64,000 nucleotides of DNA from a virus. This document shows positions 1 to 10,200 of the stretch, piece by piece. A model generated the notes under the pieces. That model saw only the letters and a list, made by a program, of their open reading frames with translations. It made no database searches and was not told where the DNA came from. A program made the translations under genes and the position numbers. Positions within the stretch are counted from its first letter, which is position 1, and every line of letters starts with the position of its first letter. The DNA lies in IMG/VR virus record IMGVR_UViG_3300032282_001105, positions 8,306 through 72,305 of that record; one strand, given 5' to 3'.

Positions 1-581
1 TCTTTACTTTTACGAATCATCTCTTTGATGATTTCGGCTTTCTCAGATAACAATGTAATACCCATTAATTGCTCAATGATATCTTTCTGGTCATTGCTTT
101 TTAATGCCAAGAATGGTTCACTGTAAGTATTCAATACGACAATGTGACGGAACATATCGGCTGACATATTGATAACTTTTTCAATTGCTGCCTGTGTTTC
201 TTTGTTCTCACCTTGTTGATCCTCAGAAGCTTTATCCTGAATATCATTTACATAGAATTTAAGAATGTTTGGCTTACGACCACGCTCAATCTTATAGTTT
301 GTACCATTGACATTGAACGTCAATGTAACCATCATACTTTTACCATTTGTACGATTAACTAAGTTATCTTTACGAATGTTATTAATGGGTGTACCAAACA
401 ATGCATAACTAAGACCCTGAATCAGGGTTGTCTTACCTGTACCATTACGAGCACCGTCACCTCCTAAGTCTAAGTTCTCACCTAGAATTAATGTTAAGTC
501 TTTCTTGTCAAAGTCTACTGCTTGTGTGACTGCACCGATACTTAAAAAATTGCGTAATGTAATGTCTTGTAATGTAATCAT
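1..581 (-). CDS. SbcC/Rad50-like recombination endonuclease ATPase subunit (T4 gp46-like), runs off the left edge
   Basis: Not in the ORF track. Manual translation from ATG at 581 gives MITLQDITLRNFLSIGAVTQAVDFDKKDLTLILGENLDLGGDGARNGTGKTT (NFLS motif plus Walker A). ATGA overlap with the stop of the gp47-like gene. Confidence 0.92.
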   Translation of the reverse strand, partial: MITLQDITLRNFLSIGAVTQAVDFDKKDLTLILGENLDLGGDGARNGTGKTTLIQGLSYALFGTPINNIRKDNLVNRTNGKSMMVTLTFNVNGTNYKIERGRKPNILKFYVNDIQDKASEDQQGENKETQAAIEKVINMSADMFRHIVVLNTYSEPFLALKSNDQKDIIEQLMGITLLSEKAEIIKEMIRKSK

Positions 582-1594
582 AAGTTGTTATAAATGTCCA
601 AAAGAATCTTCTTATCAAAATTATTTGATTCAATTGAGTTAATCTGGTCAATAATAATTTGGTCAACACTTTCGAACTTTAATCCGTCTGCTGTTTGACC
701 GTTCTCATTCATATCTGCCTTCATAGGTATCAATGCCATTTCTCTTAGTTTATGTTCTGGTATCCAAGTCTCACGCAAATAGTTAGCCTCTTCATATGAG
801 ATTTCAACATCAAGATGTACTCTAACATGGCTGTCAATCAATAGCAAGCCCTCAGGGTTTTCTAATATATCACTTAATTTGTGTACACGGAATACAGGCT
901 GTCTTGGCCAAGTATGAAATACAGGCTCACCGCCCCATTCTAATATCATCATACCACGTGCGTCATCACCTGCGTCAGCATAGTTATGTGGGAAAGCATT
1001 ACCAATATACCAAATGTTCTTACGTGCTTGTCGTTTATGAAAATGACCACTGAATACTTTCTCAAAGCCAGTCATATGGTCTTCGTTAATCTCACCGTGA
1101 TCGGGCATCTCAACCATAGCGTTCATATAGAATCTTGGAAGTTCAAAATGACCAAACATATATTTGCCACTCATCTTTTGTAGTTTCTTGTAATCATCTT
1201 GTACAAGCCATGGTGCAATAACTACATCTCCTTGTTGGAAGAAGTCGTTGATGATTTGTACGTTTGGTAGATGTTTAGCCCACTCAACGCTATGAATGTC
1301 CCTGCGGTCACGATAATAAAGATCGTGGTTGCCTGGGATAAAATATACAGTATCAAAGCTAGCATTTAATTTCTCCAGAGCCTGTAGCCCAAATTGTAAT
1401 GTATGAATGTTAATACTTGCACGATGATGATTATAATCGCCCAAAAAGAAACAGGTTTCACAATTCTCTTTCTTTGCTTTGGCTATAAACCAATCAACGA
1501 AATCAGAACAGTCTTGGTTATGTTGTAAGCTGTTTGACTTTAATCCAAAATGAATATCAGTGAACACAGCGGCTTTTTTGAAAAGGTTACTCAT
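578..1594 (-). CDS. SbcD/Mre11-like metallophosphoesterase recombination nuclease (T4 gp47-like)
   Basis: Motifs DIHFG, GDYNH, GNHD, GHF, SGHFH. Start moved to the ATG at 1594 (MSNLFKK) because the longer ORF overlaps the upstream gene and a promoter. Confidence 0.92.
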   Translation of the reverse strand: MSNLFKKAAVFTDIHFGLKSNSLQHNQDCSDFVDWFIAKAKKENCETCFFLGDYNHHRASINIHTLQFGLQALEKLNASFDTVYFIPGNHDLYYRDRRDIHSVEWAKHLPNVQIINDFFQQGDVVIAPWLVQDDYKKLQKMSGKYMFGHFELPRFYMNAMVEMPDHGEINEDHMTGFEKVFSGHFHKRQARKNIWYIGNAFPHNYADAGDDARGMMILEWGGEPVFHTWPRQPVFRVHKLSDILENPEGLLLIDSHVRVHLDVEISYEEANYLRETWIPEHKLREMALIPMKADMNENGQTADGLKFESVDQIIIDQINSIESNNFDKKILLDIYNNL

Positions 1595-1600
1595 TTGTTT

Positions 1601-1629
1601 ATTATATAAGAAAGCCGTCACATTAGCAA
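1601..1629 (-). promoter_or_regulatory. sigma70-type promoter TTGCTA-N17-TATAAT for the gp47-like gene
   Basis: Minus strand TTGCTA (1629-1624), 17 nt spacer, TATAAT (1606-1601). Same -35/-10 hexamers as the promoter at 2575-2603. Confidence 0.75.
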
Positions 1630-1636
1630 CGGCTTT
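1611..1636 (-). terminator. Inverted repeat, probable intrinsic terminator of the gp55-like gene
   Basis: AAAGCCGT-N10-ACGGCTTT directly after the stop at 1644, followed on the minus strand by CTTAT. Confidence 0.55.
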
Positions 1637-1643
1637 GGTTAAA

Positions 1644-2549
1644 TTATTCTTCGTACACAGTAGAACTAGTTCCAATGCCCTGTCGTGACCAACTAGGATT
1701 GAGACCATTGATTTCTAAAATATCATCACGTATGTTTTGATTTCGCTTCTCAGTATTCAATACACGGCAAAAGCTATTAGTTATAGCGGCTGTATAATAA
1801 GCGAATGGGTTAGCTGATTTTGCTTCATTGAAACGTAGACCAACATAGGTTAGTTGTAAGATAGCACTGTTACGCATTTCGTCATTATATGTATACCCAC
1901 GCCAATTATATTTCATTGCGTATTTTTCGCACATCATAATATACATACGGGCAAGTTTGTTTGTGATTTTACCATGATCTTTATTAAAGATACCTGTTTC
2001 CAAATCACCTTCCCAATGACTTTTACCCACACATTTGAATGTATTATTTGAATCTATTTTGTAATGTTGGAATGGGGGAAAGTTAACTTTAACGTGAACC
2101 ATATCGTCTACTTCTGCTTTTGTGGTATTATCTTCTAAGTCAGCAAATATTTCGTCTGGATCTGGTTCTTCAAAATCAAAGATATCCTTTGCTGTTTTCT
2201 TTTTAACTGTTTTACGTGGTTGTTTCGGGGCAACCGGAACGTGATCCCAAGTCATTACACGAAATACTAAATCTGTAATTTCTATGGAATCTGGGCTAAC
2301 TGCATCTTTACTACCTTGTTCTAAACTAAGACGTAGTGCTCGGGTTTCTTTTGCTTGCTGAATTGTTTCTTGTTTGAAAGCATATTCTAAACTGTCTTCC
2401 ATACTAGATTGAGGCATATCTACGATGAAGTCATATCTGTGATAACTTGGGTCTGTGAAGTAGCAATATGCGTTTTTGCTTTCGTGAATCTCTTTTAGAA
2501 TGTCTTTATTGTTTAGATAGTTGACAGGTTTGCGTGAGGGTAGGGACAT
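1644..2549 (-). CDS. Late-transcription sigma factor (T4 gp55-like)
   Basis: VNYLNNKDIL N-terminus and NWRGYTYNDEM...NPFAYYT...NSFCRVLNTEKR match recalled gp55 motifs. Adjacent to gp47/gp46 as in T4-like phages. Confidence 0.85.
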   Translation of the reverse strand: MSLPSRKPVNYLNNKDILKEIHESKNAYCYFTDPSYHRYDFIVDMPQSSMEDSLEYAFKQETIQQAKETRALRLSLEQGSKDAVSPDSIEITDLVFRVMTWDHVPVAPKQPRKTVKKKTAKDIFDFEEPDPDEIFADLEDNTTKAEVDDMVHVKVNFPPFQHYKIDSNNTFKCVGKSHWEGDLETGIFNKDHGKITNKLARMYIMMCEKYAMKYNWRGYTYNDEMRNSAILQLTYVGLRFNEAKSANPFAYYTAAITNSFCRVLNTEKRNQNIRDDILEINGLNPSWSRQGIGTSSTVYEE

Positions 2550-2574
2550 AGTTCTCCGTTATTATGTTGATGTA

Positions 2575-2603
2575 ATTATAGCATTATTGTTGCAGAATAG
2601 CAA
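2575..2603 (-). promoter_or_regulatory. sigma70-type promoter TTGCTA-N17-TATAAT with extended -10 TG
   Basis: Minus strand TTGCTA (2603-2598), 17 nt spacer ending in TGC, TATAAT (2580-2575). GGAG Shine-Dalgarno before the ATG at 2549. Confidence 0.8.
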
Positions 2604-2637
2604 CGATTTTGTGATGAAAAGGGTAAAAATACTAGTT

Positions 2638-2654
2638 TATTTAGTAGATAAATA
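2638..2654. promoter_or_regulatory. Back-to-back late promoter motifs (TATTTA-gtaga-TAAATA)
   Basis: TAAATA on both strands in the divergent intergenic region; resembles the T4 late promoter TATAAATA. Confidence 0.6.
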
Positions 2655-2676
2655 TAAGTAAGGATAACAACATATT

Positions 2677-4305
2677 ATGTCACAATATACGAGTACGCAA
2701 TCCACAGCAGGTGGGTTAGTTATTAATGCAGTATTAAATTCTGTAAATAATACAATAACTTACACAGCATCCGCCCCTAACGGTGCGACTGCAACCTATA
2801 CTGCACCTGCGGCAGAGGCTGGAAATTCTGTTACAATTGTTAATGCTCTACGAACACCTTTACGAAATCAAAATGTACCGGGTACCGTTTACAATGGAAT
2901 AGGCACTGCATTAGAGAGTGTACAAGTATCAACTACCCAGCAAGCAACTCAGGCACAAGTTACTGCTGTTGCTACAGGAAATCCTCCACCCGCAGAATCA
3001 GCGCCCATTCCAGTAGCAACAGCAAATAATCCAAACACAACACCTACTCCGTCTATTCCACCAGTAGAAAACGCAACAGCACCATCTACTGGACAAAATG
3101 CCGACGCAGCCTTCCAAGAAGCTAACGCATCACCACAACAACTTATCGACCCTAATAATGATCCTAATACTAATATTGGTGTAGAGGTACAAAATACAGG
3201 ATTTGAACCATTACAAGAACCTCCTATTACTAATGATGGAGATGAGTTTAGTGGGATAGATGAACAAGTACAAAGGCAAAAAGATTTAGAAGATGGGTCA
3301 CTAGAATTTGCTGGTATAGATGACCAAATAGCCGCAAATGAAAACGCATTGCAAGAACCACCACAGTTGACGGATGAAGAAATAGCACAACAGATACAAC
3401 AAGCAGGGCAGGGATCTGATACAGAAGAAAGTGTATTTGATCCTACCGGTAATGGTGGTGCACCTCAAGGTATATCAACTGCATTAAACAACACCCGTAG
3501 TACGGCAACAAAACAAGATAGTGCTAACTTTCAACAAAAGCCAGATTGGCGTGCAAGATTAAGTCTAGCACCAAACGCAAACTATTTGTACAAAGTACCA
3601 AAAGGACAAGCAGGTATATTAGCACCATTGCAAGCAACAGATGGAGTTATATTCCCGTATACACCTGGCATATCAGTAACATACAGTGCGGGTTATGACC
3701 CAAGTGAATTAATACACAGTAACTACAAAGTTTATCAATATAAAGGTAGTAGTGTAGATACAGTTTCAATAACCGGTGATTTTACTGCCCAAGATACTAA
3801 TGAAGCTAATTATATGTTAGCAGTAATACATTTCTTCCGTAGTGTCACAAAGATGTTTTATGGACAGGATCAGAACCCCAATAATGGTGTACCCCCACCG
3901 TTATGTTATTTAAGTGGGTTTGGAGCATATACTTTTGATGCTCATCCGTTAGTTGTAACTAACTTTACATATACTACACCGACTGATGTAGATTATATAC
4001 GTGCAGGTAGTCAGACTAATCAACCGGGTGTAAATGTAGCACAACAAAATAGTATAGTAAATAGCTTTGTACCAAGTGTACTACGAACTGCTATGAATGG
4101 CTTGGCTCCTAAATTACCAAACTTCTCAACACAGAACTCACTTATTAACTCTGATGCAACCTATGTACCTACAAAATTACAATTACAAATCACTTGTATA
4201 CCTATCGTTACTAGAAACGATATCAGTAACAAGTTCAGTCTCAAAGAATATGCGACTGGTGCATTATTACGAGGAAGTAAACGATCAGGTGGAGGTATTT
4301 GGTAA
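2677..4305 (+). CDS. Baseplate / tail-tube-initiator-like structural protein with low-complexity N-terminal half
   Basis: C-terminal domain GVIFPYTP...HSNY...FFRSVTKMFYG...PPP...DVDYI typical of large-myovirus baseplate tube-cap-like proteins. First gene of the baseplate operon. Confidence 0.65.
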   Translation: MSQYTSTQSTAGGLVINAVLNSVNNTITYTASAPNGATATYTAPAAEAGNSVTIVNALRTPLRNQNVPGTVYNGIGTALESVQVSTTQQATQAQVTAVATGNPPPAESAPIPVATANNPNTTPTPSIPPVENATAPSTGQNADAAFQEANASPQQLIDPNNDPNTNIGVEVQNTGFEPLQEPPITNDGDEFSGIDEQVQRQKDLEDGSLEFAGIDDQIAANENALQEPPQLTDEEIAQQIQQAGQGSDTEESVFDPTGNGGAPQGISTALNNTRSTATKQDSANFQQKPDWRARLSLAPNANYLYKVPKGQAGILAPLQATDGVIFPYTPGISVTYSAGYDPSELIHSNYKVYQYKGSSVDTVSITGDFTAQDTNEANYMLAVIHFFRSVTKMFYGQDQNPNNGVPPPLCYLSGFGAYTFDAHPLVVTNFTYTTPTDVDYIRAGSQTNQPGVNVAQQNSIVNSFVPSVLRTAMNGLAPKLPNFSTQNSLINSDATYVPTKLQLQITCIPIVTRNDISNKFSLKEYATGALLRGSKRSGGGIW

Positions 4306-4616
4306 TGTCTAATAATGCTTTATATCCAGCATCAAGTCCATATTTTGCTACCGGTGTAGTAAATGGTAGATTTTTAGATGTATTAGTAGATAGACCTATT
4401 CCTAAGTTAGGTAGTGATAGATATTGGGAAATCACAAACACATATAACTTACGTCCTGATATGCTAGCATATGACTTGTATAGTAATGCTAAGTTATGGT
4501 GGGTATTTGCAAGTAGGAATCCAAACACATTGAAAGATCCCTTCTTTGATTTTACTGCAGGTACAAGTATCTATTTACCTGAAGCTTCTACATTAAAACA
4601 AATATTAGGTTTATAA
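4305..4616 (+). CDS. LysM-like baseplate wedge protein (gp53-like)
   Basis: RPDMLAYDLYSNAKLWWVFASRN motif. TAATG coupling puts the start at 4305. Confidence 0.8.
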   Translation: MSNNALYPASSPYFATGVVNGRFLDVLVDRPIPKLGSDRYWEITNTYNLRPDMLAYDLYSNAKLWWVFASRNPNTLKDPFFDFTAGTSIYLPEASTLKQILGL

Positions 4617-7268
4617 ATGGCAATTGAAACAGATGAGCTAGGTAATATAATATCTTCTACGCCTGATAAAAATGATTTAGGCGGGACGGATGGTGACGGT
4701 GAATATAGTTATGATAAAGCTTATGCTGCCAACCTAACTACTAAAGAAAACAATGCTACTGCTACTGGTAGCAATGAGATGGAAACTCTCAATGAAAGTT
4801 ATGCTGGTCAAACTCAAACAGGTAAAGCACAGAAGCCTGCAGGCAATAGTGTAGTTGATAAAGGTGTTGGGAAATCAGCAAAGCCCGGATCACGCTTACA
4901 AAACCCATTAGGTAACTTTAGTAGTTATACATATCAATTAAGTTTGTATATGATTACACCTGATGCATATCAAGCATTTAATTTATCAGGCAGAAAAAAC
5001 ATTAACTCATTATCTGCTACAGACGCTAGCGGGCAAGCAACTAATGGTGGTGCATTTTTAGTTGCACAATCAGGTGGTATCAATAATAAAACAAGTCGCA
5101 GAGCACCCGGATTTGAGTTAGATTATTACATAGATGATTTAAAAATAAAATCAGCTATTAATGGTAAAAATACACAATCAACATCTAATGTTACTTCTTT
5201 ATCTTTTAGTATATATGAGCCATACGGCTTTTCATTTATTACTAAACTAAAACGAGCAAAAGAAGCTTTACAAAAAAATAGTAAAATAAAAAATTATGAT
5301 AAAGCAATGAATGCAAGTAAACAGTTTTTTGTTTTAGGTATTAGATTTCAAGGTTATGATAAGAATGGTAATATAGCAAATGCCAGCGAAGTATTTTCAG
5401 ATGATACACTAAACACCAGTCCAGATGCTAGTGGTGTATATGAAAGATTTTATGATATTTTATTTACTGGAATGAAATTCAAAATCAACGGTGGTGCTAC
5501 TACTTATAATATAACAGCTAATGTTATTGCAACTAATGTTGCTTTAGGTACGGCACGAGGAATGATAGATAATAATATTCCAGTTGTTGCTGGAAATGTC
5601 AAAGAAGCATTAGACGGTGATGGTGATGGTATAACTAGTATATTGAAAACAGTAAATGAAACACAAAAAGCACTATTCGATCAAAAAGCAATAGAGATAC
5701 CTAATGTTTATAAAGTTAGATTTTTAGGAGATACAGACCTTATTCAGAATGCAAGTCTTGTAAGTAAAGCTGACCCAGACAAAGCTAAACTGCCTATGAG
5801 TCGGGCAGATAACTTGGGTGAAGTAAATGAAAAAACTAGTGTTAATGCGGTTCCTGATAATACAAAAAGATTGATAACTATAAAAAAAGATACGCCTATA
5901 ACTCAAGCTATCAATAGTATTATAAAACAGAGCACATATATGGAAGATGCTCTCAAAGTAATAGTAGTGGCAAGCACCGAGCCAGATGGTGATACTAATA
6001 GTCCTGAAGTAGTTACTAAAAAAGATGTTCCACCTGTTAAGTGGTATAACTTAAGTACAGAAGTTAAATGTTTAGGATTTGATACTAAAGTAGGTGACTT
6101 TGCATACGAGATAACATATGTTATTCAACCATATGAAACTCCTGCAGCCGCATCACCTTATACAAAATCTAGTAAGTACTATGGTCCGCATAAACGATAT
6201 GAGTATTGGTTTACTGGTAAGAATAGTGAAATACTATCTTACGAACAAACAATGGATAATACTTATTTCAATGTAACGTTGAATAAAGCAGGTGATCCTG
6301 CAAGTCAAGGCGGAGGAACTGATTCTCCTGTATATGCGGGCAAGAAACAAAACCAAGAAAGTACAGGTAGATTGGATACTGGTATGGAAGCGCAAAATGC
6401 GTATATGACTAGTTTGTTTGATCCCGGAGCGTATGCCAAAGCTAAAATTAGTATATTAGGAGATCCTGATTATCTTACACAAGAAACACCAAGTAGTATT
6501 AATGATGTTTACAGACAGTTTTACAAAAGTGACGGGTTCACTATCAATCCAAATGGTGGACACGTGTTTATTGAAATAGATTTTAAAGAGGCAGTAGACT
6601 ATAAAAATAGTGACGGTTTAATGGATATCAACTCATCAATATACTTTTGGAACTATCCACCAGCAGTAGCTAATAAAATCAAAGGTGTAAGTTATATGGT
6701 ATTAGAAATAGAACACACCTTTAAGGGCGGCAAATTTGAACAAACATTGAACTGTACCATCAATACATTCCCAGGAGTATTGGGTACACCAGCAGAAGCA
6801 CTTGGTGGCAGAGCAAATGCAACAAATGCAACAGGTGCAAGAACCGGAGTTGCATTAACGGCAGAAACAGCAAATACTGCACGTTCAGCCTTTGCAGCCA
6901 ATGATCCTAGAAGAATTGACCTATCAAGTTCAGATGTACGCACTAGCACTAGCGAGGGCGGTGATGGCCCAACACCAAGTAGTGGTAGTAGTACATCTTC
7001 ATCCTCTGGTTTTATGCAAGATGATGCAACTGGTGTAGATGCGGCAATAGCGTTACAACAGTTACCGGATAATATGGAACTTTTCTATAGCAGTACACCA
7101 ATACCAACAACAACAGAAAATACAGCACAAGGTGTTGCAAATGATGATAGTGTACAAACTGCAGGACAAACACAAAATGGTGTTGCTAACTCACAAAGCC
7201 CGGACGCAGGCAGAGAAACAGAAAACACTACATTACTTACTGGTTCAAGACCAGGTGAAGGTGCATAA
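4617..7268 (+). CDS. Probable baseplate hub protein
   Basis: NPLGNFSSYTYQLSL N-terminal motif, late ISILGDP and IEHTFKGGKFEQTL motifs (hub/gpD-like). Lies between the LysM and gp5-like genes. Confidence 0.6.
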   Translation: MAIETDELGNIISSTPDKNDLGGTDGDGEYSYDKAYAANLTTKENNATATGSNEMETLNESYAGQTQTGKAQKPAGNSVVDKGVGKSAKPGSRLQNPLGNFSSYTYQLSLYMITPDAYQAFNLSGRKNINSLSATDASGQATNGGAFLVAQSGGINNKTSRRAPGFELDYYIDDLKIKSAINGKNTQSTSNVTSLSFSIYEPYGFSFITKLKRAKEALQKNSKIKNYDKAMNASKQFFVLGIRFQGYDKNGNIANASEVFSDDTLNTSPDASGVYERFYDILFTGMKFKINGGATTYNITANVIATNVALGTARGMIDNNIPVVAGNVKEALDGDGDGITSILKTVNETQKALFDQKAIEIPNVYKVRFLGDTDLIQNASLVSKADPDKAKLPMSRADNLGEVNEKTSVNAVPDNTKRLITIKKDTPITQAINSIIKQSTYMEDALKVIVVASTEPDGDTNSPEVVTKKDVPPVKWYNLSTEVKCLGFDTKVGDFAYEITYVIQPYETPAAASPYTKSSKYYGPHKRYEYWFTGKNSEILSYEQTMDNTYFNVTLNKAGDPASQGGGTDSPVYAGKKQNQESTGRLDTGMEAQNAYMTSLFDPGAYAKAKISILGDPDYLTQETPSSINDVYRQFYKSDGFTINPNGGHVFIEIDFKEAVDYKNSDGLMDINSSIYFWNYPPAVANKIKGVSYMVLEIEHTFKGGKFEQTLNCTINTFPGVLGTPAEALGGRANATNATGARTGVALTAETANTARSAFAANDPRRIDLSSSDVRTSTSEGGDGPTPSSGSSTSSSSGFMQDDATGVDAAIALQQLPDNMELFYSSTPIPTTTENTAQGVANDDSVQTAGQTQNGVANSQSPDAGRETENTTLLTGSRPGEGA

Positions 7269-10200
7269 TGGCAAATAATATCTTTAAACCAAAAGGCGCA
7301 ACAAGCTCAGGTAAATTAGGAGCCGGGGGAGCAGTCGTTAGTCCTGTACCAGTATTCGGCGTAGTAAAAGATAATATCGACCCTATTCGTTCAGGTCGAT
7401 TAAGAGTTTATATCAGTGACATGGGAGGTACAGACCCTGATGACAGTAACAGTTGGGTTACTGTAAGTTATATGACACCTTTCTATGGTCTGACTGAAGG
7501 CACTGGTGATAAGACAGGCTATGGGACATATCTACAAAACCCTGTTAGTTATGGTATGTGGTCAAGCCCACCTGACATTGGTACAACTGTTATTTGTATA
7601 TTCATAAATGGTGATACTAACTATGGATATTGGATTGGATGTGTGCCAGAACCAGAAGCATTGTATATGGTGCCTGCAAACGGGTCAACTGAAACAGCAG
7701 TTCTTAATGCTAGTGAATCAAACAGTTACGGTGGTGCAAAAAAGTTACCAGTAACTAATATCAATACAAATAATAATGAAATCAATGAGAGTGCTACATT
7801 TTTTAATGAACCCAAACCAGTCAACAGTTATCTTGCAGGTGTATTAAATCAGCAGGGATTAATTAGAGATACAATTAGGGGTACGATTGGTACAAGTGCT
7901 CAACGTGAAAGTCCTAGTCGTGTTGGTTGGGGCGTCAATACTCCGGGTAGACCTATCTATGAAGGTGGCTTTACAGATGAAACAATTGCAGATGCCGCAA
8001 CTGGTTCAGGTCAACAGAGCAGTTTAAAAATAACTTCACGCAGGGTTGGTCATAGTATTGTAATGGATGATGGTGACTTACTTGGTAGAGACCAATTAGT
8101 AAGATTGCGTAGTAGTTTAGGACATCAAATATTAATGAGTGATGATGGGCAATGTTTATTCATCATTCACGCTAACGGACAAAGTTGGGTTGAGTTAGGT
8201 AAAGAAGGTACAATTGATATGTACGCTACTAACTCAGTAAATATTAGAACACAGGGTGATTTAAACTTACACGCTGATAACAATATTAATATGCACGCCA
8301 AGAAAGATTTTAATCTTTATGGTGAAAATGTAACAATTAATAGTGATAAGAAAACTGATTTTAGAATAGGTACTGATTACAGCATACAATCATTAGGTAA
8401 GTATACACTAAAAGTTGGCGCAGGTATGAGTCTATCATCTGCAGGAGAAGCAAGTGTTGCTAGTTCTGCGGCTACATTTATTAATGGTAGTAAAGTTAAT
8501 TTGAATACCGGTAGTGCTGGACTTGTACCAGCAGATGTTAAACCATTAACAACCATAGCACATACCGATACACTATATGACCCAACAAAAGGTTGGGCGG
8601 CAGCACCAAGTGCTTTATTAAGTATTACAAGTCGAGCACCTGCACACAGTCCTTGGAATAGTGCAAATCAAGGGGTAGATGTTAAAGTAGATAACAATGC
8701 AAGTGCAAACTTCCCAAGTGCTCCTGCACCAGCAGTAGCTACTGCAAATGCGTCAGTACCCGGAACACCACCTGTACCAGTTACAGCGGCAGCGGCAGCG
8801 ACTGTACCAGTTACTGGTGCGATTAGTAAAGCAGTTCCAGCAATACCGACAGCGGCATTGGTAAGCCAAACTGCGGCAACAGCCGCATCAGGTATAGCTA
8901 AAGATGCAGTAGCTAAAGGTGCAGGAGTAGTACAGACAGCAACCGGAGCTGTAGGCTCGGTAGGCAAGCTAGCACAAAGTCCAGAACAAATGGAGGCAGC
9001 CGGTATATTAAAATCTGGATCAGCAGTATTAATTGCATCACTAATTTCTCAAGGAAAAACTATTGAAGAAGCAATGACTGACAACTTGTTTACAGGTATG
9101 CCAGGAGCAGAGAATTTACAAGCCTATATAGCTAGTACTACTTCTCAAGTTAAAGCACAGGTTGCCAACTTCCAACAAGCACAAACTAAACTTACACAAG
9201 CCGGAGTTATTACCGGTAATGAAGATGCTAGTCAAATTACAGGAGCGATTAATGCAGTAAGTGGTGTAGGGATAGACGCCACTGTTGATTTAATAAAAAC
9301 TGCATCTAATGGAAATGGATTTGGTGTATCAGGTGTTGTGAGTACGGCAGTAGGAGCTACAAATAAAGTATTAGGCGATGTAAAATCATTAGTATCATCT
9401 GGTAACTATGCCGCAAATATGGCTACTAAAATGACCGGAGGGCTTACTTCATTAACAACGTCATTAGATGGATTGAAGAAAACAATAGGCGGAGGTGTAG
9501 CAGGGCTATTAGATAGTGCAAAAGGAATTGCCGCTGGAGCATTTGCCGCAATAACAAAAGGCTTCCCGTCTTTAAAAGCTGGCGTCCCTCAAAACTTAAA
9601 ACAGATTGCTGATAAAGCAACAAATGATATCCAATCAGCTGGAACAAATGCAAGCGATGTGGCAAGTATAGTTAAATCAGCCGCATCAGCTTCAGGAATA
9701 GATGTTGCGGCTATAGCTTCAGGTAAAGCATCGTCAGCTATCAATGGTTTAGATAGTATTAACACAGCAGTGGCTACGGCTGTAGGATCTACTACAAATG
9801 TAGTAACTGCATTGGAAAATGCAGAAAGTGCAGTTAGTGCAACATTACCCGCAAGCGTTGCAAGTGGCTTGAACAATTTGCCAGGCGCACAAAATGCAGT
9901 ATCAACTGTAATTAAGGGTGGAGTTTCCGCAGTTAATTTAGTGCCCGGAGTAACCGGTATTAAGAATTCAATAAAAGATATTACAGCATCAGTCACTACT
10001 GGAAGCGGTGCAGCCAATGCATTAGTTAATCAATTAAAACAACCTGGAATATCACTATTTCAAAAAGCAAGTCTTGGATTGAGTCCAGCCGCACTTACTT
10101 TATTAGAAAACTCTATAGCACAAATAAGCTCAGAGGGCGGAACACAAATTAAACCACCAACAGTTGGAACTAGTACGGATAACACTAGACCTGCTTTAGC

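Noticed and set aside
1595-1708. N-terminal extension of the ORF-track 376-aa protein
   Set aside because: It overlaps the upstream gene and covers a promoter/terminator; the recognisable domain begins at Met 1594.
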